A stretch of DNA of 49,647 bases from Octopus bimaculoides (lineage: Eukaryota). The stretch lies in assembly GCF_001194135.2 (NCBI RefSeq), contig NC_068983.1:132219979-132269625 (forward strand). The letters are read 5' to 3'. This document shows, piece after piece, positions 25,211-36,639 of the stretch. The notes under the pieces were generated by a model, which did no database searches, was not told where the DNA came from, and saw nothing but the letters and a program-made list of their open reading frames with translations. The position numbers were made by a program, and so were the translations under genes. The first letter of the stretch is position 1, and every line of letters begins with the position of its first letter.

Positions 25211-25670
25211 GGAGTACAAAAAATGGGACAACAAACCATCCACACAGATGATACAAAATAGGGGCAAAAAGACAAGACAGGTCATTCGAAGTTTTCTTTC
25301 CTCAGACGAGTCCCAGATTATCTTTGCAATTTCGGCTGGTTATACTGGAGATTGCTCCAATCTGGCCAGCTTCGACGAAAAACTAAGCTAAGAGCATTCG
25401 ATTCCTTCGAAGAAAGAACCGAATGTATGCGAAAACAAGGACGGAAAAAAACGGAGGTACAGTACAGAAAAACAAATGCAGATAACAGGACATAACAACA
25501 AGTGTCTTTCGACTAAGGGCGAATTAAATTACGCTGGCGTGTGTGAAAGTGAAGCCTTACGGCAGGTACATTAGAGATGACATGCATTGGAAGGAATATA
25601 GATGTTGCACGGATGGTGGTCGAGCGAAGAAAGGTCAGGCTTGGCTTAACACCAGTCACGAAGGGAGAGC
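25208..25670. mobile_element. Unclassified interspersed-repeat-like block
   Basis: Higher-GC block between (GT)n and a purine-rich tract. No recognisable protein motif. Confidence 0.3.
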
Positions 25671-26749
25671 GGAGTCAGGGAGAGGCAGAGGGACAGAAGA
25701 AGTAGGGATTGACGAGAAAAAAAGGGAGTGACGAGAAAAAAAAGGGAGAGGAGGAAGTGAAAGAGGAAGGAAGGTGAGAATGAAGTGAAAGCCAGAAAAT
25801 GTGAGAGACGGGAAAAGAAAGAAAGAAGAGTGGAAAAAACGAAGTAAGTATGAATGGGCTGATAGAAAGAAACAATGAAAGAATAAGAGAATATATATAT
25901 GTAGAAATAGAATTTAAATACCGTCCCATATTCATCAAAGGTCCACGTCAATACTTGGAATAAAGAACACTTTAAGGAGACACATAGTAGCGTAACTAAA
26001 AATAATTGATTACTTTAAGGGTAGGGTGTTATCTCAGCAGATCTACTGAGGAAATATTTTTTAGCAGATAATGCTATAATTGCAGTATTGTACATAATTT
26101 CAGGATTCACATCGTCAACTTGAATGTGTATAGCAAAATTTGTGCCCCCTTTAAACTATTACTGATGAATTCAAATACTCAGTAGAGATAAGTAGATCCA
26201 AGATATTCAGTAGTTATTTATTTACGCCACGAATGAAATGACATATCATTTGTAATAATGGTATGTGAACTTATGTGCAAATGACGATCGTAGGATTAAT
26301 CAAAATAACCAAGATATTATTCACTAAAAATATTTTATTTTTTTAAAAATCGTCTGCATAAAAAATAATTAGACGTCAAAATAAAATAAAACTAAATACT
26401 GTCAAAATACTTCAGATAAACTAAGATAGAAACTAATAATGAAATCATTTAAAAATGAATTTGACTTGAGAGCATTGACAACATTTTTGCTGGTTGCTCA
26501 ATCCTTGCCCCTACAGAATATAAAACCACGCGTGATTGAGTTGGCCGATACTCGCACTGAAATGTATGCCATCACTATGGTATTCCGCACCCTAAGAACA
26601 GGTAGAGACAGTCACTGAGGGAGAGAATTTTACCATTATATGGGAATATGGAATATGTACAGACAGGTACATATTACTCCCTTTCTTTCTGTTACTAATG
26701 GCATGAGGTGGAGGTTGTCGTGTATGTACCTAGTCGGTAAATACACGCT

Positions 26750-27062
26750 AACAGACCACCAAAACCTAAAACAAAAAAAAAACATACCCCTTAATTGACA
26801 TGACAGTACCTACTAATAGTAAGATTTCTGCAAAAGAACTCGAAAAATTATCGAAATATAAGGACCTTCAGATTGAGATATCTAGAATGTGGCAATTAAA
26901 AACCAAAACCATCGCTGTTATTGTACGTGCCCTTGGAATGGTGATGAAAGGTACTGACACAGTTTTTGATAAGAGAGCTTGGAAACCAACAATGTAGGAA
27001 ACTAAAAGATAACTGTTCATATCAACCGCGCACATTCTCAGGAGGTTTATCTCCATATTATA
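26750..27062 (+). mobile_element. Dong/R4-clade RLE endonuclease 3' fragment
   Basis: NRP..LIDMTVPTNSKISAKELEKLSKYKDLQIEISRMWQLKTKTIAVIVRALG (PD..D/E-K RLE fold), then STAHILRRFISI. Confidence 0.85.
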
Positions 27063-29460
27063 TATATATGCATTAAGCCTCTGCTTACGACCCGGTCAGA
27101 AGATGAAATAAAATGCAATTCAATCGGAGACAACCTCAAGATACTGATGGTCGACCCTATTGAATACTTTCGGTCGATCTAATTTCATCAGAGCCCCATC
27201 GAAGCCAGGTTTACTCCCATTCTTTCTGTTACTAATGGCATGAGGTGGAGGTTTGCGCCTCCCCAACCAAGTCCTAGACAAGCGCCACCTTCTTCTCTAA
27301 CACCTTGGCAAAAATCTTAAACTGTGTGAAGAAGAGTTATGGGCCTCGTTACCTAATGTTTCCCTTTTGTTTTCGTTTTTCCTTATCAGTGTCACTACGC
27401 CCCGGCTCACAGAACTGGGAATATTCCTGTTCTGCTGCCGGTTCTTGTGAAGTTTAGGTGGTTCGACTTCAAAATCTCTCGATTTTTTTTGTGAAAAATC
27501 GAGAGACATTCTCACCAGAAACAAGTCTGCTACACGAAATGTGCTCGTTTGGAAAATCACCTCCCACTCCCGGTCTCAAATTCATTATTGTTGTCCCTTC
27601 CGATGAGTACGAACTTGGGTGTTTTGTATTGATGTTGTTTAATTTGATTGCTTGTTGTGATGGTCTTGTTGTTATTTCGGTTGTGTTTGTACGTGCTGTA
27701 AGTGTGGTATCTACAGTTTTAGATGTTTGTGTGAGTGTTTGTTCTTGTGTCTGTTTAGGTTGTTTGTGGGGGGGGGGATCCTTTCATAGTGATGGTGTTG
27801 GTGTTGGTAGTGTTGGTGTTGGTGTTATTCGGGAGATGCTTTCGTGGGTGGTGTTTGTATTTTTCATTGTCGATGTTGTTATTCTTTGTGGAGTTTTTCT
27901 TCTGTGCTCTCTCTCTCTCTCTTTTTTTTAGGGGCTTTTGGTTCTCCGTAATATTCACTACTGGAAGATGAGGGGTTCCGTTGCTGTAGGTCTGTCTGCG
28001 TCTATGTGTATGTTTATACTCTTATTTAGGCGTGTATTTTTTGTGTCAGGGGGTGGGAGAGCTTTCCTCATTTCCCCCAGGGGCGATTAATATCTTTAGT
28101 ATGTTTTTCTTGGTGCTGGTGGTTTTGCCGGTGCTAGTGATGTTTGTGGTCCTCGTCCCGGAGTAGGCAGCAGTGGAGTCCTTTGACCCTTTGCAGTTTT
28201 TACTAGTTGGGGACAGCAAACTAACAAATGTGTAGTTTCTCCACAAGCAAAACAATAAGGCCTTTTGCCCTCAGTCATTACGTGTATCACCGCTGCATTC
28301 TCGAGACGGATGTGGTACAGAATTTTGTTATGTTTTCGGGCCTGATCTGCAGAAGTATCTCCAAGTCAACCTCGGAGCAGTCCGCCCTGGCAGTTCTCGT
28401 CACCTCAATTGGGACAGTATCCATTCCCTCTACAATTACGCATCCGAGATGCCACACCATATCAAGACCTGATGGGATCCTTGGAACGTGGATACGTTCT
28501 GTTCGTTTCCCCATGTGGGAGGGGTACATAGTAACTTTGCTGGTTTTGCAAGGGGTCATTGGATGTTTTATAGTGAGAGCTTCTGACTTAAACAGCAGAG
28601 AAATGGTGCCGCATTATTTGCCCCTCGCTATGGATTCGGTGTCAATTCTGATGCACCTGAGGGCCGCTTCAATATCTACTTGCGCTATTAAAGCCGTATA
28701 ATTTTTGTCTCTGTTGAGATGCATCTGAAAAGCACTGTTCTTTAATCCACTGCTTCAAATGCCTCTGATGGAATAGTTAGGTTGGCCCAAGTTTGTTTTT
28801 GTTTAATCAGTCTCCATGGCTGGGCCAAAATTTCATCTCTACTTGTGTGGTCTACAGTGAAAAATTGCTTGTTTTTCGCTGCTTATGCCGCGAACGTGTT
28901 TTCGTTATTGGTAATGTTCTCGTTGTTGTCATTGATGTCGTTGTTGCTGCTGCTGCTCCTGCTGCCATTGTTGTTGTTGTCATTGTTCTTGTTGATGTTG
29001 TTAGTGTTGGTTTTCTTGCTGTTGCTGTTGTCACTTTTGCTATTTCTCATGCTGTTGTTACCATCGCTGCTGCTGCTGCTATTGCTGTCTCTTTCACTGA
29101 TGTTGCTACCACTGCTACTACCGCTGCCTCTGCTATCAGTGTTGCTCCTGCTGCTGTCGTCACAGCTACCGCTATTACTCTTATTCGTACTGCTACTGTT
29201 ACTACGAGGTGGATTTTATACTGTCCCAGTCTCGTTTTTTTCCTCCCTTTCTGCTGTATTGTTGCCACTAACGGAGGAAAGGGGAGGGAAAACTTCAGTA
29301 GGCACGATATTCGTGGGAGGGGCAGTTTTCTTTTTCCTCAACTCTTTCAAGACGCACTCCGCCATCTTTTTGATTTGTGTTTGATTCGATTAAATCAAAC
29401 GCCCACCGAACTTATTTGGTGGGTCGAATATAGAAACTTGGATGTTAAACGAAAATCTGT
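27060..29460 (-). mobile_element. L1/Tx1-clade non-LTR retrotransposon, rearranged: gag-like ORF1 plus RT fragment, endonuclease not found
   Basis: ORF1 starts at AAGATGGCG (~29374; MAECVLKEL), has a long Asn/Ser-rich tract, then YPSHMGKRTERIHV and the zinc knuckle CFACGETTHLLVCC (CX2CX4HX4C). RT fragments: NIPSSVSRGVVTLIRK, KIFAKVLEKKVALV, NLHLM and GALMKLDRPKVFNRVDHQYL (cf. LDQSKAFDRVDH). Confidence 0.8.
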
Positions 29461-29596
29461 AACAGTTTCCTGATGTTTCTATTGACAGCTTGGAATAAAA
29501 ATAAATAATACAAAACAATCACCAAACCGGTGTAAGTATATGTACTAAGCTGCACCAGCCTGGAGCGTTTGAAAACATGTCCTATGTATTCTGCAG

Positions 29597-29637
<41 letters not shown>

Positions 29638-29639
<2 letters not shown>

Positions 29640-29775
29640 AGATTTGAAAAAATGGAAAGAAACAGACATGAAATCTAGTTTATTGCAGCTCCAGTAAAGA
29701 AAATTATTAGGGACAGCTATGATATTTAGAAAGTTTCTTGGCATCTAAGATTACTTGCTGTTGCGCGATGATAAG
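29638..29775 (+). mobile_element. Short Dong/R4 3'-terminal fragment directly after (AAT)13
   Basis: LLGTAMIFRKFLGI* (29704-29748), cf. Dong/R4 C-terminus LLGTARILRKVL. (AAT)13 lies at 29599-29637. Confidence 0.6.
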
Positions 29776-32422
29776 ATTTCCTTTTTTTCTTTTTTTCTTT
29801 TTTTCTAAACAGTCTAACGTGGTGTGCGTATATGAAATGATGGCGGAATCGTAAATTACAAGGATAGAATAAGGAATTAGATCAGCAAATATATCTGAAC
29901 ATCATATATTAGAACAATACACGTTATTCCACCTTTACTCCAGCCTACTTTGGTGGAAGTTGGCTCTAGTCGACTGCTAGATATCCATGTCTTTTTTTTT
30001 TCCACTGTCATATCGTGGATGTTCATTTAGCTTAAGTGTGGTAGAGCAAAAAGTTTATCTATGTCTACTCGCGACTATTCTACACCTGATTCATTTAACA
30101 ATGACTTGGAACAAGCCACCAAACTCGCTAGCAAGTACACAAAATGCTCAGAAGATTGCATAGATGTGTTAGTGTGTACGTGCATGTTTGTGTGAGTGTG
30201 TCTGTCTGAATGCGTGTGTGTGGGGGGGGCGGGTGTTATCACGTATGTCTGTCTGCATATATAAGTATTCACCTCTGTGTGTTGCAATTTCTTTTACATG
30301 TGATATTAATATCATTTACACCCACCCTCACCTTTAGACGAATATATTATATTCTGCAGTTAGCTGCCTCCTGTCGGTTTGTTTTTCTATTTCTACTGTC
30401 CATGCAATTAATCCCTGCAACTACTTTTCCTCTATAACATTAATATTTTCATTCTATAGAAAGAGAATAATGACAGTGAATATTTGAATGAGCATTGGAT
30501 AATGCCATTCCTTTTCAAATATATCTTTAATTCATCCTCCTTACTGAAATGTTACACTTTTGTTTGTAATACTTTCACTTGATATGCGCAAAATACTTTT
30601 TGATAGTTTCACCTTCATTTCTGCTGTCTTCTAGCAATTCCGAGTATTATTTCAAATTATTTCCTGTCTTTCACCTCGTTGTCTCAACTACAAATTCTAC
30701 AATAATATATGTAGCGTGAACACGCAATATATCTAATATATTCATTTAAGTGAAGGAAATTACACTAACGATGTTTAACAATGATTGTTGTTCTCGTCGA
30801 AAAGAAGAATGCGATGATTTGTTTGAAAATGTTTGGTTGAAAATAAAATGTACGGTGCGATATAATTTCCGATATAAAATGATTAATTATTAGGAAGAAA
30901 TAATAGTCTTGATAATTATTTGAATACCTTACCGTGCTCCATATAAGCGATGGTAATATCATATAGCATAGAGTCTATATTGTAATCTTTCATAATTTCC
31001 TATATAGTATACACATGGGGAGGGCTATGAAGGCATTACTTGACCTTTTTCCTTTAAGTAGTTAATCATCAGCAAGTGATATGTGCACAAATATTATTTC
31101 TTTGCTTTGCAATGCATTTTTGGTTTAGATTCAGAGAAAGCAACAAAAAGTTTAGAAAATGTATAATGCTACTAAAATTAGAAGCAAATGTCACATTCCA
31201 TGGTTCCTATTTACAAGCTAGAAATTGCGTATGCACAATTTAGATATATAAGTTTGGAATAAAATGCAACCTTGGTGAAAGTGTTTCTAAATCATACACA
31301 ATCGTTTAGTTTTCCCGTATATATTCTGTAAAATTGATTTCCCTTCTCCCTTAATATAAGACCATATAAACCAGTACTACTGCGCTTATAGAGAAAAATG
31401 TTTAAGTGTATTGATATTGTTTTAATGTAAATTGATCACTAATTGATAAAAGGTCACTAATTACATAAATGAATAAACTCCACTGACGTTAGGCACGCTA
31501 TAGTCTGCGTCGTGTGAATAGCTTAACTAAACTTGAACAGCTAATTAAATTTCAAAATGCATTGCCTGGAATATGATTGTATCCATTAGCTTATATTTAT
31601 CTTCTGGTTGCAAATAGAGAATATTCTAGAATATAAGATTGGTAAAAAAATGAGATTCTGTAAACGCTTGTAACCAGATCAAATAAATGTAAACATCGAT
31701 TCCTATAACTTAACTAATGAAATCCTGAGATCGCATCCTTGAAAGCCTAAAAAAAGATGGACAGTACAATATCCGATGTACATCTTTATAGCCTATTTGT
31801 GAACTGCCCAACTGCATCAGTCTCCGTTCAGTAAATTGCGCAAAATGGATGCTATACGATTCGTAAAACTCATGAAACTCACAGCTGTATTGACTGTAAT
31901 ACAAAGATACTCGCATTATGCTGCATTGGGAGGATGGATTTCAAATAAACAGAAAGAAAAGCACGCGTCTGAATCGTAGAAATTCTTTTTTTTTTTCTTT
32001 CTCATTGGTGAATAAGGTCTCTTTGGGTTATAAGTAACATTTAGTTAAATCAACTAATATATCTTTGAGAACGCAACGTTTACGTTGCGCTCAATTAGAA
32101 GGAATTGATCTAATGTTGCAATAGATCGAGGATAGTATTAACATATTTAGGTTGGCAATATATTTACGAACTCATCGTCTAAAATATAAAAGAACTAAAG
32201 GAGCATAACAGGAATGCCAATCACTGAGGGGAGTGATTTAGAAGAGATTAGGCATGCCAGTAAACCAGAGTTCACAATATTTCAATAGTAGTAGTAGTAG
32301 TAGTAGTAGCAATTTTTATTTTTTGATACAGTACAGTAACAAATGATGTAATCTACATTTACGAATACAATTTGGCGGTGTTTAGCGTACATCCCGGACA
32401 CTTTATTTATGAATGCGGTTTG

Positions 32423-32496
32423 CAATAAGACATGGTAAAATAAAAGAGTTTCGGATGTCGGGGCGGAAACCCACGCCAACATCTCTTCAGTTATCT
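32423..32496 (-). ncRNA. Type I hammerhead ribozyme candidate (PLE pLTR-type)
   Basis: Minus strand: GAUAA-CUGAAGA-GAUGUUGG..CCGACAUC-C-GAAAC-(16 nt)-GUC^UUAUU. All core nucleotides are present. Stem I has 5 bp (one G-U), stem II about 8 bp with one bulged C, stem III only 2 bp. Confidence 0.7.
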
Positions 32497-32911
32497 GGCC
32501 ATCGAAGAATGCTATAAAAATTACCGTTAAACAAAGGGAAATTACTGTGTGGTTGACGGTTATTAAGACAAAAGAGTTATTAGAATGATCGCTAAGGGGA
32601 GGGATTAAAGGTAAGGGAGTAAAAATGTCCGTAGTTTTCACGTAAGCGCACCAGTTCATACATACACCTGCGCGCCCGCACACCCACGTACATGCGCCTA
32701 TATATATATACTTATACACCCTCACTTGAAACACACACATGCTCACTGAAACATTCACCCCAAAAATATNNNNNNNNNNNNNNNNNNNNNNNNNNNNNNN
32801 NNNNNNNNNNNNNNNNNNNNNNNNNNNNNNNNNNNNNNNNNNNNNNNCAACAGACGAGGACAGGTGGTGTAAACAACAAAAGGATGTATTAGTTTGACGC
32901 TCGGGAATACA

Positions 32912-32951
32912 GAAAGTCTATAACGTTTCGAGCTACGCTCTTCAACAGAAA
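32912..32951 (-). ncRNA. Degenerate minimal hammerhead-like motif
   Basis: CUUU-CUGUUGAA-GAGC gua GCUC-GAAACGU-U-AUAG. It has a palindromic ACGU stem III but A6 is changed to U and the cleavage-site base is U, so it is probably inactive. Confidence 0.45.
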
Positions 32952-33429
32952 GGATACGGAGAAAACAAGGAGAAAAACACGGAGAAAAAAAAATATATAT
33001 ATATACCCGCATATATATATAGCTGCATACACGCGCACAGACACATACGCGCGCAACATGCTCGCACACATACATACGCACGCAAAATGTTTCATACACA
33101 CGTCTATATACGCACATGCCTAAGAAACAACAGGGCTAAAGGCAAAGTACAGAAAAAAGTGTAAAGATGGCCATAAGGGTAAAATACGTCTATATGCGCA
33201 CATTCTCGCATGCACGCACACATATCGGTATACGCACGTACCCGCACACATCCGCAAGCGCGCACAAAAGTTTCCATGGACAAGTCTATATACACGCAGG
33301 TGGTGGTGGTGGTTTTGGTAGGAGTAGCTGTGGTAATAGAACTTTCAACCCTAAAATAAGATTATTTTTACTGACTTTTTTCTTGACTAAGCTATTATTT
33401 TCCTACTTTCGTCAACATGGGCACCTTTA

Positions 33430-34300
33430 GTCCTTTTCTCTGAGTTTTCTCTCATTTTCAATTAGAATGTGCAGTTTCTGGATGGACGTATTATAAATAT
33501 TTTCCGACCAGATGTTGTCAGATGGTTATTCAAAGGTATAATACGGAGATCTGGGTCTCTAATTTGCTGTCGGTGCACACTTGAACGTTTTGATAGTGCA
33601 TTTCCAGTCTGACTCACATATAGTTCTTCACAATTTGGGCATTTGTTGCAATAAATGAAATTTCTGCTTTTACATTTCATATGAGCTTTTGTGAATATTT
33701 TTCCGGTTTTTGTGTTTATATATTGGATGGTATGTATGAATTGGCATGTGGCACATCGGCTATCATTGCATTTAGATACAGTGAATGATTGGTCTTTGTT
33801 GCTAAGGTCAAAATTTGCATTTGTTTAATATTCTTTTCGAGATTTTAGGCTGTCTTTTACTAAAAACCATAGCACGAGTTGTGATTATATCTTTTAATTC
33901 ATTACTTTGTGCAATGGTTGGTAGGCTTGCTTTGGCAATGTTGAAAACACTCTGGCGACATGGGTTGTGTGTCATTATAAATGGTATAACTTGTTCCTGT
34001 TTTCCTATTCTTTTGGTCGTCTTCACTTGTTGTACGGGTATTTTGATAGAAGTAAGAGAATTTTTGCTCAAACAAAAATATTCCTCTCTACTTCTAGAAA
34101 TTGGCAAACAGTTTGTTGTAGTTAGCAAATGTTCTTGACTAGGCGGGGAGTGGTTACGTAAAGAATACTCATTTTTGATTCATTCTGCATAATTGATAGT
34201 CATAAGCTATTTTGACGGATTTCAGAGTTGATTATAGTATTTGAAAATTGTAACAGTTAGTAATAAGAATAGTGTGTAATATATATATGGTACACGGACG
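33430..34300 (-). mobile_element. Penelope-like element relic: thumb, Cys linker and GIY-YIG endonuclease
   Basis: PFIMTHNP, SKRQPK, KCNDSRCATCQFI, then CKSRNFIYCNKCPNCEELYVSQTGNALSKRSSVHRQQI (GIY-YIG pattern with the conserved R and H). Confidence 0.9.
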
Positions 34301-34499
34301 GTATACTAAGTTCACTATTGCCGAACAAGATACAGAACGAACAAGATACAGAAAAGACATAGCAAAATTAAAATATATTATAATCATTTTATTCCTACAA
34401 TATGACCATTTGACAGAATAAAATGTAGAAAAAATAGATACATAAAATCACTTTTTAAATAAGTTTCTTTACCAGATTTACAATGTAAACATTCTGCAT

Positions 34500-34860
34500 T
34501 GTGCTCGTACGACTTTACCTCCGTTCGAAGGAGTGTCCGTTCGGTTCCTTGGCTTAGGATTTTTGTCCTTCGGCTAAAGAGCATTCGGCATCCTGCCCTA
34601 GGTTTAAAATTAATGTCAGTCAGCAGTTCCGTGTAGGAAGTTTCAAGGAGAATCACTAGCAAAAGACAATCGATGTTACTAGTTACATCTTTGAACAGAA
34701 AGTTAATCAGATTTCATTCTGAAGGCCTTGGAAGAGTACAATCTTGTGCGAAAGGGAGATATTTGGAAACTCTTATGTGACCACAGTTGAGAGCAGAAAT
34801 GTGTGAGAGTGGATAGAGATTAGTCTGTATAGTGAGGATGTGTTCGACATAGGGGATAAG
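34500..34860 (-). mobile_element. Old LINE-like repeat fragment, homologous to 37370-37620
   Basis: CAGACTAATCTC..CACTCTCACACATTTC, TTCCAAGGCCTTC..AAATCTGATT(A/C)ACTTT..TTCAAAGATG and GGAACTGCT are shared in inverted orientation. Confidence 0.55.
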
Positions 34861-34874
34861 GGGATGCATGTATA

Positions 34875-34910
<36 letters not shown>

Positions 34911-35243
34911 NNNNNNNNNNNNNNNNNNNNNNNNNNNNNNNNNNNNNNNNNNNNNNNNNNNNNNNNNNNNNNNNNNNNNNNNNNNNNNNNNNNNNNNNNN
35001 NNNNNNNNNNNNNNNNNNNNNNNNNNNNNNNNNNNNNNNNNNNNNNNNNNNNNNNNNNNNNNNNNNNNNNNNNNNNNNNNNNNNNNNNNNNNNNNNNNNN
35101 NNNNNNNNNNNNNNNNNNNNNNNNNNNNNNNNNNNNNNNNNNNNNNNNNNNNNNNNNNNNNNNNNNNNNNNNNNNNNNNNNNNNNNNNNNNNNNNNNNNN
35201 NNNNNNNNNNNNNNNNNNNNNNNNNNNNNNNNNNNNNNNNNNN

Positions 35244-35275
<32 letters not shown>

Positions 35276-36092
35276 CATACACACTCTAACACACATGTAG
35301 GTATTAGACAAATTTTAATATAGTTGAGGTTTCCATCATTGACTCAGTCCTCCATTCCAAAGCCAAAACACCCCGTGTGGGTTATGTTTGACGGAATTTA
35401 TACAAGTCCCTCTCACAACCCTGCACAATTATTAGATACGCAGCACGAAGCCTTGTCTTCGTGTATTCATGAAGTTTTCGAAAACTTTAAATATTACCTT
35501 AAACCTAAATGCAGTAAGGCCACTCCCTTTGATTTTCACTTACATGTAGGTTAGACATCACATAAGCTCTCGTAGTTAGATTAGCATATTTACCTTACCA
35601 TGATAGTCTTTTTTAGCTATTTATTATTTCGACCCTTAATATATATTCTACATTTTATCTATTTTCTAATTAATCTAATACCTATTCACTTGCAGCAAAA
35701 TTATTATGGTTATTAACTAAACAGCATTAATCTTCTTTTCTCGTGTTTATAGATTCTTTGAGACTTTTGGATATTTCCTTTTGATTTTTCCAAATGCCGT
35801 CTCACAACTACCACACTTCTATAGCCTTCTAACACTTTAGTCTCACTTCTGTGTAGTTCAGAGAATCACATAAGATCACTATCTTAGATTATTGCATTTA
35901 CCTTGTCATCTTATTCTATTTTATTTTATTGTATTGCATTCCACTTTATTTCACTTTGAAGATCAATATCTTATTATCCTTCCTCAACCCTTTCTCCACA
36001 CCTCACATATCTTACAAGTTACTTAACACCTAACTTTAGTTAAAAATTATATGTAATTAACTGATAAGATTTCTTTTGTCAACATAGATGTA

Positions 36093-36480
36093 GGCGTGGC
36101 TCTGTGGTAAGAAGCTTGCTTCCCAACTACATAGTTCCGAGTTCAGACCCATTGCGTGGAACCTTGGAAAAATTGTCTTCTACTCTAGCTTCGGGTCAAC
36201 CAAAGCCTTGTTAGTGGATTTGGTAGACGGATACTAAAAGAAGCCCATGTGTATATAGGTGTGTATGCGTGAGATTGTGTCTATGTCCCCGCTCCCCGCC
36301 ATCGCTTCACAACCGATACTAGTGTGTGTTACGTCTCCAAAACTTAACGGTTCGGCAAAAGTTTCCAATGGAATAAGTACTAGGCTTACAAAGAATAAAT
36401 CCTGTGGTCGATTTCTTCGACTAAAGACGGTGCTCCAGCATGGCGGCAGTGAAGTGACTGAAACAAGTAACATAATAAAA
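36093..36480 (+). mobile_element. tRNA-derived CORE-SINE (cephalopod OR1/OR2-type), near full length
   Basis: Head GGCGTGGCTCTGTGGTAAGAAG..GAGTTCAGACCC, CORE-like ACCTTGGAAAAATTGTCTTC, tail GGTGCTCCAGCATGGC..GACTGAAACAAG with an A-rich end. Confidence 0.8.
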
Positions 36481-36639
36481 TAATAGAAGAATATCGAATT
36501 ACATTATTCTTTCATCAATAATTGTATCTATTATTCATTATTACTATAATTATTTCATCCCTAGACTTTATAATTTATTTTACATGATCCTAGTGATAAT
36601 TTATTTTTTCATTTATTAATTCCCAATGAACAAACACTT

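Noticed and set aside
25275-25313. Hammerhead-like CTGAGGA..CGAAT on the minus strand
   Set aside because: GAAA is replaced by GAAT, and no stem I or stem III can be formed.
24279-25391. Long ORFs of 270-360 aa (also those near 34.7, 41.0, 42.3 and 44.0 kb)
   Set aside because: They run through N-gaps and flanking microsatellites and are not real coding sequence.
26674-27253. 43-bp direct repeat as a target-site duplication of the Dong fragment
   Set aside because: The repeat is Tx1 RT coding sequence, and the interval also contains more Tx1 sequence, so it does not simply flank the Dong insert.
28782-29473. Poly-Leu and Val/Ala-rich plus-strand ORFs resembling membrane proteins
   Set aside because: They are antisense readings of the (AAC)/(AGC) tract in the Tx1 ORF1.
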